A model generated the notes under the pieces. That model made no database searches. It was not told where the DNA came from and worked only from the letters and a program-made list of their open reading frames with translations. The position numbers were made by a program, and so were the translations under genes. A DNA stretch of 63,581 nt, filler included, from Craspedostauros australis (taxonomy: Eukaryota), in NCBI GenBank assembly GCA_030167865.1. It is 8 parts of 8 records of this genome, joined end to end, with 100 filler letters (N's around TTAATTAATTAA, not from the genome) between each part and the next. Parts side by side here need not be neighbours in the genome. Positions count along the whole stretch, not along the records: positions 30,435 to 51,375 come from JALAGF010005418.1; 7 more parts are not named here. One strand, written 5' to 3'. This document shows positions 33,721 to 44,731 of this stretch, piece after piece. Within the stretch, counting starts at the first letter, position 1, and each line of letters opens with the position of its first letter.

Positions 33721-36700
33721 ATGACGTCGACGATGACAACCCAGTTGGACGTCGAGATGCAAGAGTCCGCAAGATCACAGCTGAATGCCCAACTCGGTTC
33801 GAATAGCGTTGCGGCTCCATCTTCCCACCAGGATATCGATGAATCGTCCACAAATTCCGAGGAAGAAGGGTTGGGGGTGCTGTCCGGATCTGGTCAGTTC
33901 TCTGTCGAGTCGTCGGACCAGCACACCAGCACGCGGATGGGCATCAAGCAACGGGCCGCCATTCACGAACGACGGACGCTGGCCAAGAAGGAGACCAGGA
34001 TCATTTGGATGCTGCGTCTTTTCGTCGCCGTCGCTCTCATCTTCTTCGCCCTCAGCGCTTCCTTGAGCGTGTACTATGTCGTGTCCGACCAGGAGAACGA
34101 CGACTTCCGAGAGCAGTTCAGCTTCCATGCAGCGCGTGTCATTGAAGCATTCAACATCGCCATCCAGGCCAAGTTTGCCGCGGTTGACAGTCTCTCGGTG
34201 ACCTACACATCCCATGCTCTGTCCACTGGATCGACGTTCCCCAACGTCACGCTGCCGTACTTTGAGTACAGCGGAGCTGCCACGCGCATTGCTGGCGATG
34301 CGATCGTCGTATATTTCGCGCCATTGGTCATGCCCGAACAAACGGATGAATGGCTTTCCTACATTAACACTCAAGAGAACGAGATTCTGAGATCGATTCG
34401 GAACGAGCAGGCCGAGAAAGAGGTTCAGGATGAACTTTACGGACACCAGCAGATCCCGATTGGGTATGCAGAGGACTCGTCGGAGGACCACCTCATCCCG
34501 CCAGAGATTTGGAACCTGTCGGACGAATACAACAAAACCAAGGTACGCCCTCGTTGGTGTCTGTCCGTCTGGCTGGCTGTTACTCAGCTCCGCCATCCAT
34601 CATATCTTGCGTCGAAGCTCAAGTTCGATCAGCATCGCAGATGGTCATGTCATGAACTTCTGCAGAGAGTGTGCAATCGTGTGGACGGTGATCGGCCTGT
34701 TTTGCACGATTCGAATGGATGTGTGTCGCTAACCCATTCTCTTGTATTCCTTCTCACGCGCTTTTCTCGGATGGGATGCACAACACTACTGCACACTTGC
34801 ACCGTCCTCGTACAACACGGCCACACCATCACGCTTGCGCTGAGCAGTCGGATGGATACTTTTTCCCAGTATGGCAGGCGACGCCTCTGTTGCCGGAGAA
34901 CGCGCAGAGCATCGGGTTGGATCTGGCCCATTCATCTTTTGCGGAGGACTCTCTTGGCGTCGTGCGCAACTATTCGCATGCGTCGTTTGACATAATGACT
35001 AACTTGGAAGATGTGGACGGCAACGACATGAGCGCAGCAGAGATGTACAATCTCTACCTCCAATTTGGGCAATACAGGCACAGCGCGGAAAGCTACAAGT
35101 CGGACCCGATGACATCGCTTTCATTTCCAGTGTTCGACACCTTCGGGCCAGACAGAAAGGTTACGGGTGCGCTCTTCACAACCATGTACTGGCGCTTGTT
35201 ACTCCGCAACATATTCTCGGACAACGTCAAAGGGTTGCTTTGCGTGCTGAGCAATACGCAAGGACAGTTCGCGTCATATCAGATCGATGGATCCGACGCG
35301 ACCTTCCTCGGCCTGGATGATTTCCACAGCGCCGAGTACGAAGAAATGTACGAGGAAATAGATGTCGCGCAGTACATGAGAAACAACGCGAGCGCGGAAA
35401 CGAGGACGTTCACATCCGTCGATCTCAGCACCGCATTCATCAACTACAAGATCCGTGTATATCCAACGGATGGGTTTAAGGATGTGTACGTGACCAACGC
35501 TGCCCAAGTCGAAGCGATATCAATCGGATCGACCTTCATCGTGGCCATGATCATCTTCATCATCTACGATTGCTGCGTGGAACGGCGTCAACGCATCGTC
35601 TTGGACCGTGCCGTAAAGTCCACTGCGTTGGTGTCGACGCTGTTCCCCGAAAATGTCCGCGAGCGGGTCATTAACGATGGTGACAAGCGCAAGGGAAGAG
35701 GCAAAGGATTGGTGGGAGCTGCACCCCAGTCAAATCGGGTGGCCTTCAAGGCTTCCAACGTTTCTGCCAATCAGATGATCGGGGGGCCGCCGATCGCTGA
35801 GAAGTTCCCCGAAACCACCGTCTTCTTCGCCGATCTGGCAGGCTTCACCAAATGGAGCTCCAGCCGAGAACCGGAGCAGGTCTTCCAGCTTCTGGAGACC
35901 ATGTTCAAGGCCTTTGATTCGATTGCGTTGAAATGTGGTGTTTTCAAAGTCGAGGTGAGTCCTGTCCATGTGATAAGTGGCTGGCAGCCTTTCTGTATTT
36001 GCGACTCTTCACTTTTGCTGGACATGACGAACTCGTTCTCACATCTCCAGAGAGAGCATCATTTCTATTTCTCTGGTTCGTGTGCGTTGTGAATGGTGAA
36101 TTCCTTCTCGTTTCTCTTCTTCTCTGTGTCTTCTTGCTCTGTTGATTTGCAGACTATCGGAGATTGTTATATGGCCGCCACAGGCCTTCCAGGTAAGTGA
36201 ACGGAGTCGCGTCGCCATGGATTGAAGGCCTTGATGTGATCGGGCCGCATTCTTTTCTGCGTGGTGATGGTGCATACTTTTTTCTCAACGAATTCCTCGC
36301 ATGAATCTCCGTTACTCCGCTCTACTTGCAATCTCTGCGACCCCATGCTCTTCTATTATATATCCCTGCATTCGCAACACAACGACGCAGAACCACAAAA
36401 GGATCACGCTGTCCGGATGGCGCGGTTTGCTCGGGACTGTTTGCACAAGATCGCGCAGCTTGTTGACAATCTGGCCGAGCAGCTTGGGGACGACACTCGT
36501 AATTTGACCTTGCGAATTGGAATGCATTCTGGCGGTGTCACGGCCGGTGTGTTGCGCGGAGACAAGTCGCGATTCCAGCTGTTCGGCGACACCGTCAATA
36601 CGGCTTCGCGTATGGAGAGCACCGGGATTCCCAGCCGCATTCAGGTATCCCAAACCACTGCGGATTCTTTGATATTGAACGGCAAGGAAAGGTGGTTGGA

Positions 36701-36884
36701 ACCTCGAGACGAGAAGGTGTTTGCGAAAGGAAAGGGAGAGATGCAGACGTATTGGATTGATACGGAGAGCCGTTCGTCGTCTGGGAAATCCCGCAGCTTG
36801 ACGGCATCAAACCTTGAGACGAGGCAACAGCCAACAACTGACGAAACATATTCGTCGGTATTGGTACCTGAGCAATCAGGATAG
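33721..36884 (+). CDS. Membrane-bound class III adenylate/guanylate cyclase (TM - extracellular CHASE-like region - TM - cyclase), 4 exons
   Basis: Exons 33721-34542, 34848-35954, 36153-36192, 36391-36884 with GT-AG introns splice in frame. Motifs FADLAGFT, FKVE|TIGDCY, LRIGMHSG, RFQLFGDTVNTASRMES, KGKGEMQTYW; two hydrophobic helices. Confidence 0.92.
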
Positions 36885-37482
36885 GGTGCATAGATTGGTA
36901 CATGTGCATGCACAGCTCAAATGAGATCTACACGCTGCGCTCCGGGATCTATTGCCCAAGTTCCGTGAAGCACTACTTAATCGTTTTACATGTGCCGTGA
37001 AGCAGAGCCGAATGAGAATACGTTTGCAACTAAATCATAAGTTGCAGTTTGACGCATCAGAGGATGTACCATGCGTGCATAAGTATGTGCCATGAATAGG
37101 GTCGGAGATCTCACCCAACAGAATCATCGGTAAGACTTAGCACCGCCATTCGCTCTCATCTGTGCCACATGGTCACGATCGCCTCATCGGCAAACTGGCA
37201 TCGTCGAATTGCGCGCGCTTAGCGGCATCCTCCTCACCAGACTTCCGAGCCTCGGCCTTGGCATCCGTCCAGGTCTTCAGGCTGGTGTTGACCAATCGAA
37301 GTACGAGCACTGTGCTTCCCGTAATGGAGCACGAATGAACCGGTGTTCATCCCACAAGCGCACCAGCAACGTCACAGCCATCGCCATGGCGCCTCATTTC
37401 GTTCTCGTAATGTTATGGCACCACTCACTCAAGCATGCATTACCGCAACTGTCTTCGACGACTCTGCGTGAATGCAACACCG

Positions 37483-39498
37483 CTACGACTCGCCCAACGA
37501 CCCTGGATACAGGATGGTCAGCACACCGACACGAATGGAATACAGGATGGACCCGAACGTGACGAAGAGAAAGACGAAGCCACCGATCTTGGACGACCGC
37601 GAATCATGCTTGAGATTCATGAGCTCATCTTTCGTGTGCGGCAGACAGCACACGAAGAGAATGCCGGACAATTGCAGGACGGTGGTGAGGATGGTGAGGT
37701 TGGTCATGCCGACGTAATCGCCTTGCTGGATGGTGGTTTTGGAGACATCCCAGATGTTGAGTAGGTTGGCCGAAATGGCCGAGCTCAAGGTGAGGGCGGA
37801 GTTGTTGACGGTCGTGAACATGGCGTACGAGGCGCCCTCGCTGCCCGTGGGACACAGATGCACCATCATGATGGTGGTGGGCAGGAATTGGATGCCGGCG
37901 ATGAATTCGGCGAAGACGTCATCACCCAGGGCGAACCAGAAGGGCGGGATGCCGAAGGTGGTGCCCTCGATGAGGAGGAGCTGCAGGAAGGAGAGAAATC
38001 CGTTGAGCATGGTGCAGGCGATGTAGATGGTGCGCCAGCTCCACTTGATGAAGTAGTACTTGTAGGTGACGACGCCCACGTAGAGGAGAACGAGGCTGAC
38101 GTTGAGGAGGATGTTGAGCTGGAAGGAGGTGAATCCCAACCCCGTGACAAGGAACTCCCTCCACGCGCCGTTGCCGACCTGCAGCACGTTGTAGATGTAG
38201 ACGAAGGCCAGCGGTTGCCAGACGGCGCGTGAGCAGACCGTGTTCCATATCTCCGTGCATTGCTGGCGCACGGAGGGGATGGTGTGTTTGTGATGCGGCG
38301 GTTCGTTGTCCTCCGCGGCAAGGGGTGATCTGTCGTGGGCGGTATTGTTGGCGCTGGCCACGACGACCGTGGATTCCTGAAGGAACCAGATGAAGGGCAG
38401 CGTGCACAGAGGCAGCATGGTGAGAAGGAAGACGATGGCAGGCGCACCCATGGTCTTGTAGAGGATGGTGGAGAAGGGAGACGCGATCATGGACCCGAAG
38501 AAGCGGTAGGAGTAGCACGTGGACTGCGTGTTGCCTCTGGCATGGACCGGCTCGAGCTTGGCCTTCTCCGCCACGAGCGAGTCGCCCATGACATCCGCCA
38601 TCCAGAATCCCGTCCCGAAGAGCAGGAGAGACGACGCCAGCTTGGGTATGGGCGGCGCCTCTGCAGGTGGGATGGGATGGCCGTCGTCATCGAACTGCTC
38701 GAAGGAGAGGTCTGAGGTCATGGAGAGCCAGAGCATCGCGGCCGAGGCCATGCACCAGCCGATGACCATGTATGATTTGCGGCGCTTCCCGCAGAAGGGG
38801 ACGGTGTCGCTGAGGAAGCCGAAGAAGAGCTTGAAGCTGGCAGGCAAAGAGCGCACGGCGGACACCATGGTCTGCTGCGCCTCGGAGGCATGAATATCGC
38901 GGGGATACGCGTTGATGAAGGGACCCGACAGGCCCTGCAGCAGCCCCACCATGAAGTAGCACATGGGAATGGCAATGTTCTCCAATCGCAGCAGCTGGCA
39001 GGATCTGGGAATGGCGGGTGGGAAGAAGAAGTCGTGCAGGTAGGATTGCTCCTCTCGTGACAACTTGAGGATTTCCTGGTCGACGAAATGATCGAAGCCG
39101 AGGTCCGACTCATCTGTGTCTTCGCTGTTGACCATGGTCAGCGGTCGCAGCTCGATGTTCTCGCTTGTTCGAGAGTTGGCAGACGACGACTGGCTTTGCG
39201 TCTGGGACAGCGATCCAGCAGGCGTGATCACTTCTGCGCTCGCACCTCCCGTCTTGTCCAGGCTCAGGCTGTGCATCGTGCCTCTCCTTCTTCTGTTGCT
39301 GCTACTGTTGCTGCTATTGTTGCTGGTACTGTTGCTTGTGCCGGTTCGTCTGTTCCGAATGGTCCTTCCCCTGTGCTCGTAGTTGGATCGTCCACCACTT
39401 GCGCTGGCACTGGCACTGGCACTTGCACCTTGCGCTGTAGCTGTGTTGGCACTCTTTGTTGTAGCACTCCTGTGGATCGGCAGCAGACTGTTTTGCAT
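37483..39498 (-). CDS. BT1-family folate-biopterin transporter (MFS-like)
   Basis: 671-aa intronless ORF with about 12 TM helices; LPASFKLFFGFLSDTVPFCGKRRKSYM, ADVMGDSLVAE, LCPTGSEGASYAMFTTVNN. Confidence 0.9.
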   Translation of the reverse strand: MQNSLLPIHRSATTKSANTATAQGASASASASASGGRSNYEHRGRTIRNRRTGTSNSTSNNSSNSSSNRRRRGTMHSLSLDKTGGASAEVITPAGSLSQTQSQSSSANSRTSENIELRPLTMVNSEDTDESDLGFDHFVDQEILKLSREEQSYLHDFFFPPAIPRSCQLLRLENIAIPMCYFMVGLLQGLSGPFINAYPRDIHASEAQQTMVSAVRSLPASFKLFFGFLSDTVPFCGKRRKSYMVIGWCMASAAMLWLSMTSDLSFEQFDDDGHPIPPAEAPPIPKLASSLLLFGTGFWMADVMGDSLVAEKAKLEPVHARGNTQSTCYSYRFFGSMIASPFSTILYKTMGAPAIVFLLTMLPLCTLPFIWFLQESTVVVASANNTAHDRSPLAAEDNEPPHHKHTIPSVRQQCTEIWNTVCSRAVWQPLAFVYIYNVLQVGNGAWREFLVTGLGFTSFQLNILLNVSLVLLYVGVVTYKYYFIKWSWRTIYIACTMLNGFLSFLQLLLIEGTTFGIPPFWFALGDDVFAEFIAGIQFLPTTIMMVHLCPTGSEGASYAMFTTVNNSALTLSSAISANLLNIWDVSKTTIQQGDYVGMTNLTILTTVLQLSGILFVCCLPHTKDELMNLKHDSRSSKIGGFVFLFVTFGSILYSIRVGVLTILYPGSLGES

Positions 39499-40003
39499 TC
39501 GTTATGTTCTTCCTCTTGTGACGTCTACTCTCCTCGTACAGTGTTGAGGGTTGCCTCTCTCACTCTCTTTGTCTGTGTGTCTGGGATTCCATCAATGATG
39601 AAAAGAGTGACCAACAACCAGCAAGAAAACAACCACCAAGAAAGCAAGAAGACGCAAAAAAGTGCCGTGCCGTTGGCAAGAACAAGAAACGAACGGAAGC
39701 AACGGCTCTCAGGCGTCATTGTCGGTTCTTTTTGGACGAATTTTCCACGATCTCCACGATGGCGCGCCTCGCTGAGTATTCGAGTGGGTCAATGGGCGAA
39801 CAACTTGCTTCATGATTTGACCAGTCCGATTGCTTGTCACGTAACATCAAAATCTTCCGAGAAATGATTCCAACGAGGATCTCCACGAGAGAGATCGCAA
39901 TCTGCATCCAACAAGGGGGAGGGCATCACACGAGGACTCCAATGTGATCACAAGTATTATAATCACAATAATAATCATAAGCATTGATCATAATCCAACG
40001 ACC

Positions 40004-40714
40004 ATGGCATCGTCTCCTGACCAATCCGAATCGCCACAACAGCAACAAAAAGACGACAACGATGACAGCGAGAAACCCTTCGTCACGATCCACAAGACGC
40101 CCATCTACTTCGATGAAGATTGGAACGTCGGCATCGGTGGCGGATTGTGGACGACGGGAGCCGCGTGGATGCAGTACATTCAATCCCATCATGCGCTGCT
40201 GCGACGCAATCTGCGACGATCCACGCCACTGCGCGTTTTGGAATTGGGCAGCGGCAACGGATTGCTGGCCGTCTGCTTGGTCGCGATCGATGCATCCCTG
40301 TTTGAGACGATCGTCATTACAGATTTCGCCGATCATCTGCCGTTGATTCAGCACACGGTGGATCGCAACGCGCAGCATCTGCCAGCACACAAGTTCGTCG
40401 TGCAGGTGCATGAATGGGGCAAGTTCGATGGTGATGCGCCGCAAGGGACGTACGATGTTATCATTGGATCCGATGTGGCGTACCGCGACGAGTTGCACGA
40501 TCCCTTGATTGCGTCGTTGGTGCAGTTTGCCAATGCCGATACCATCATACTGTTGGGGGCCACGATGCACGATACGCGACCCATCTTCTTCCGCAAGCTG
40601 CATCAGAATGGATTTCAATACGAGCGCATCGCGGATCATCATTTGCCGATTCCATTTCGCGGTATGTCATTTGGGCTGTTTGTCATTCAGAAGAGGGAGC
40701 AGAAGTCGGCATAG
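40004..40714 (+). CDS. METTL21-like (family 16) SAM-dependent protein lysine methyltransferase
   Basis: GIGGGLW, motif I VLELGSGNG, post-I VITD, motif II YDVIIGSDVAY (DxxY), HEWG. Confidence 0.88.
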   Translation: MASSPDQSESPQQQQKDDNDDSEKPFVTIHKTPIYFDEDWNVGIGGGLWTTGAAWMQYIQSHHALLRRNLRRSTPLRVLELGSGNGLLAVCLVAIDASLFETIVITDFADHLPLIQHTVDRNAQHLPAHKFVVQVHEWGKFDGDAPQGTYDVIIGSDVAYRDELHDPLIASLVQFANADTIILLGATMHDTRPIFFRKLHQNGFQYERIADHHLPIPFRGMSFGLFVIQKREQKSA

Positions 40715-40914
40715 CTCGTAGAGGCGGTGGCAACATGATGCGACCCATCAAATGCTGGCCGTACGAGCTTGATGTCGTAAATGCAGCATAATGGAGTTGA
40801 ACCAAGCGTGTGGCGCATGCACATACTCTGCGACTACACACAAAACAAGAACGTAAAATACGACATTTCAGGTCAGAAACTCATTGAGCTACGTCACCCA
40901 CCGCATGTCACCTA

Positions 40915-43782
40915 TTACACCGCAGCTTGCCCTTCCCCGTCCGACAGCCATTTCTGCGCCGTCTGGTGAGCACTTCTGTAGGAAGGATTCTTGAGCAACG
41001 GCGGCGTCAATCCATCTTGGAAGCACGGCAACGTCACGATGGAGATGCCCAACGCGCGCAGCTTTTCATTGCTCTGCGGCTGCATCGCATCCAACGACGT
41101 CACGGCCTGCAGGAAGGACGACATCAATCGTTGATCCGCAAACACCAACTGCGGATCGGAAATGAGATGCATGCCCATCGAATGGGGCGACGTGCCTTTC
41201 AAGATCGCCTTGTACATGCTCCCCACCAACTTGTACAATCCTTGGCGCGTGTGGTCGTCATCCACGCCCGACGACGCGCTGCGCAAGATCGCGATCACCA
41301 GCGCTGACAGCGAATCGACCGTCGGTCGCCATCGTGTCTGCTCCTGCTGCTGTATGGCCATCTGCCACGTCGAGATGGCGACATCACTGCGGCGAGATTT
41401 GCCTGCTGCACGAATAACCTCGCGGTACGACACATCGTTCGGCTCCATCGTCACGCATTGCTGGATTTCTTGCAGCACCTCTTGGGCACGTCCGACGTCA
41501 CCGGCGTTGGCGCAGGATCGCAGAAGAGCGTTGTAGCATGCCAGGTCGGGCTGGGCGCCGACGGTCTTCATTTCTTGGAAGACCAGGAAGGCCTGCATGA
41601 CTTCGTCGTCGTATCGTCGGCGTTTGTCCTTGTGTTGTTGCTGGGACAGGCTCACGATGAGCTCAGTGTACACCTCGATGGCCTTGGTCGCGTCGCCGGA
41701 TTCTGCGCCCGTCTCATCCATCTTTGTGGCACCACTGCTATTGCTGCCGTTGTTGTTGCCGTTGCCGTTGCTGCTGATGTTCACGGGAAGTGGTGGTAAC
41801 ACAATGGATGGGTTCGGATCACTGACAATGGTCGGCTGCTGCGCAGTGTTGGTGCTTTCGGACTTGACCAATCGACTCGCGCTTGTCATCAACGACGTGT
41901 ACATGACCTCGCTCGGTGCGATGCGGTACTTCTTCATGTATCGCAGCACGTCGATGGTTTCCGAGAGACGGCCGTCCTTCAGCAAGCAATCTGTCAAGCA
42001 CCCGCATGTTATGGTGTTGGGATACACGCCGTAGTTGGGCATGGAGTAGAACAGCTTGATGGCCGTGTCCAACCGACCAGCCTTGCCACACGCGTTGATG
42101 GCCGCCGTCCACGCGCCCACCTCGTTGGGTAGGATCGTGCCCTTTGGGTCCTGCGCCTTCTGATCCATCATCATGCGCAGTCCTTTCAATGCGAGATCGC
42201 TACGACTGCACCGGCCGCACACGTCGATCAAAGCCGAATACGTCATGCCGTTCGGGCGGATGTTGCGCCGTTGCATCTCCTCCAGCAACGTGAATGCGAC
42301 AGTGGGATCGTTGACGCCGCTGATGGCGTTGGCGCGACGTGCGACGGTGGCAATGAGGGTGGTGTAGGAGCGCGTGTCAGGCCACAGACGGCGGTTGCGA
42401 TTTTGGAGCAGCGTCGTGTGCACGTCCATCGCTGCGTCGAGGTTTCCGGCCTTCTGGCATGCATCCAGCAGGGTGTTGTACGTGACGAGGTTGGTTTCCA
42501 TCTTGGGAACGTCCACGCCGTCACCGGATTCCATTTGATCCATTAGATCCATCGCAGAATCCAGATCGCCCAGTTTGGCGTAACAGTTCATGAGGATGTT
42601 GGCTGCCTTGACGTCGGGCACGATTGTGTCAGTCTCTGCTGCTGCTGTTGCTGCTGCTGATATTGATACTGATGCCTTTGGTTGAGCGCGCGCTGTGGCC
42701 GCTGCTGCCAATGATGACGTTGATGCCGCGTCCATGGAAGATGGTGGCTGTGATGATGAGAAGAATTCCTTCTGCGTGCGCATCAGGTTCCACAACCGCA
42801 ACGCAACTCTTGGTTTGCCATGCTGCACGGCACGCGACATGAGGGTGGAAAAGGTGACGAGCGTCGGCGATGGCACCGTGAAGGGCACATAGCCGCCCTT
42901 GTACGCGCGTTGCACCATCATGCCAGCCTTTCTCATCCTGACAAACATGCGCAGGGAACGCAGCAGATCGCCACCGTCACCAAAGGTCGCCATGGCAGCA
43001 TTGCATTTGCGAATGGGAGGAAAGGACAGCGGCTTGGTTTGATGTGCCGTAATCTGTGTGGGCGCCAGATGGTGCGGTTCCGTCTGCAATCGATGCATTG
43101 CACGTCGCAGGAGTTCTTCGGTCTGCGTCGCGTCGTACCATCGGTCGCTCGATCGCACCTCTTCTCCTCGCAGACGCTTCCGTCGCTTCACAAACGGCTT
43201 TTGCTTGTACTGTCGAGGTTGTCGATTGCCTCTCGTATCCGTAGTATTCGGTCTTCCTTGCCTTCTGCCGTCGTTTTCCTTGTAGTTTCCATGCTTGCGA
43301 TTGCCATTGCCTCTGCTGTTGCCTCTGTTGTTGCCCCTGTTATTGCTAACATTGTTGGACTGACCATTGTCATATGAGTTCCATCTGTTGCTGCTACTGC
43401 TGTCGCGGCCAGCTCTCGGTTCCACTTCATGCTGTGCAGTCATTTTGAGTGGCGATGTCATGCGGCGGCCTGACTTGGATCTGAATCGATCCAACGCTGT
43501 GTCAATGCCGCCCTTCCTGTTTTCGTCAATCCCATCTTGTAGTTGGAATGCCACTGTCCTTGATTGGGAATGGTGACGTGCAATGCGCTGCTGACTGTGC
43601 AGATTGGACGATGATACGGGTATTGAGGAATGCCTTGCAGCTGCCATTGTCGCTCTGAAAGAGAATGCGTCGGCCATCCAGCATAGCTGCGGCAGTATCA
43701 CCATGCTGCAGACACACAGCACAACTCTCTGCATCGTGATCATCGGAAGCCGCCTCGTTGCGCGCCTCGGTGAGGAAGTCAT
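40915..43782 (-). CDS. Pentatricopeptide-repeat (PPR) protein, probably plastid-targeted
   Basis: 955-aa ORF with 35-aa repeats such as PTLVTFSTLMS, NLVTYNTLLDACQKAG, PNGMTYSALIDVCGRC, PDLACYNALLRSC. N-terminal hydrophobic stretch followed by ADA-FSF. Confidence 0.92.
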   Translation of the reverse strand: MTSSPRRATRRLPMITMQRVVLCVCSMVILPQLCWMADAFSFRATMAAARHSSIPVSSSNLHSQQRIARHHSQSRTVAFQLQDGIDENRKGGIDTALDRFRSKSGRRMTSPLKMTAQHEVEPRAGRDSSSSNRWNSYDNGQSNNVSNNRGNNRGNSRGNGNRKHGNYKENDGRRQGRPNTTDTRGNRQPRQYKQKPFVKRRKRLRGEEVRSSDRWYDATQTEELLRRAMHRLQTEPHHLAPTQITAHQTKPLSFPPIRKCNAAMATFGDGGDLLRSLRMFVRMRKAGMMVQRAYKGGYVPFTVPSPTLVTFSTLMSRAVQHGKPRVALRLWNLMRTQKEFFSSSQPPSSMDAASTSSLAAAATARAQPKASVSISAAATAAAETDTIVPDVKAANILMNCYAKLGDLDSAMDLMDQMESGDGVDVPKMETNLVTYNTLLDACQKAGNLDAAMDVHTTLLQNRNRRLWPDTRSYTTLIATVARRANAISGVNDPTVAFTLLEEMQRRNIRPNGMTYSALIDVCGRCSRSDLALKGLRMMMDQKAQDPKGTILPNEVGAWTAAINACGKAGRLDTAIKLFYSMPNYGVYPNTITCGCLTDCLLKDGRLSETIDVLRYMKKYRIAPSEVMYTSLMTSASRLVKSESTNTAQQPTIVSDPNPSIVLPPLPVNISSNGNGNNNGSNSSGATKMDETGAESGDATKAIEVYTELIVSLSQQQHKDKRRRYDDEVMQAFLVFQEMKTVGAQPDLACYNALLRSCANAGDVGRAQEVLQEIQQCVTMEPNDVSYREVIRAAGKSRRSDVAISTWQMAIQQQEQTRWRPTVDSLSALVIAILRSASSGVDDDHTRQGLYKLVGSMYKAILKGTSPHSMGMHLISDPQLVFADQRLMSSFLQAVTSLDAMQPQSNEKLRALGISIVTLPCFQDGLTPPLLKNPSYRSAHQTAQKWLSDGEGQAAV

Positions 43783-44731
43783 GATGCCGTCCTGATGTGC
43801 TGTGTTTGACTACACTGTGCTTTACTGGTGTTCTGCTCTGTCGGACTCCATCCAATTCCAAATCCTACTACTGTGAACGAGACGGCGAGGGTGCGGATGA
43901 TGCGATCCAAAGGAGGCGAAGCTGATGGAAATCCTCTCTGATGAGACGATGATGCCTGTCGAAGTCTCCGCTGTGAGAATGGTGCTCTGCAAGCCAGAGC
44001 TGGACCTCCAAGGTGGGGAACAATCGCAATTGACAGGTGGCAGTTGTGTACGAGCTACGAGTATTCGTCTGGTACAACGGCACCGCAAGTACACTGTCGC
44101 TGTTGCCTCTCTCTTGAGTTGCAGACTATCTTGATTTGTGCTCCCTCCTCAGCGTGAATACCATCAACTAATGCAGGTACGATCCATGGACTATCTGGAA
44201 TAATATAATATGATAGTGTACAACGACAGCGACGACACCAATGTTGACGCCAACACATCAATGCCATGTGCCATGTGCTGTGTGTCATGTGTCGTCCGCC
44301 ATCAACCACAACAAGCACAGAGATTCGAGAACAGATGGCGAAAACACACACACATCAAAAAGAAACGAGAAGAGAGAGATGCAAACGGTTTTTCCAAGTT
44401 TTTGTGGTGAATCTTGAAAGATGTCGTTCCTGGCCATCGTCTGGCCTTCGACAGAGTCAGGGATGTCCACAAGATGCACGACTGAAAATTGTGACGACAA
44501 CCAACACAACCAACACCAACAAATCATCCACAAATGACAACAACCAACGACTAAAAAAGAGAACACCTCGCTCGTACTCACGGGCCTGCAGATCGTCACG
44601 CGGTGACGTCAAGTGGAGATCTTTGACGACATCCGTGTGGATCGTCCAGAGAGGCCTTTCCTTGCCGATAGGTACTCGCGCGGGCACCATGCCCGTAGTC
44701 GTAGTTGTACTCCACAACGGAGACTTTCAGG

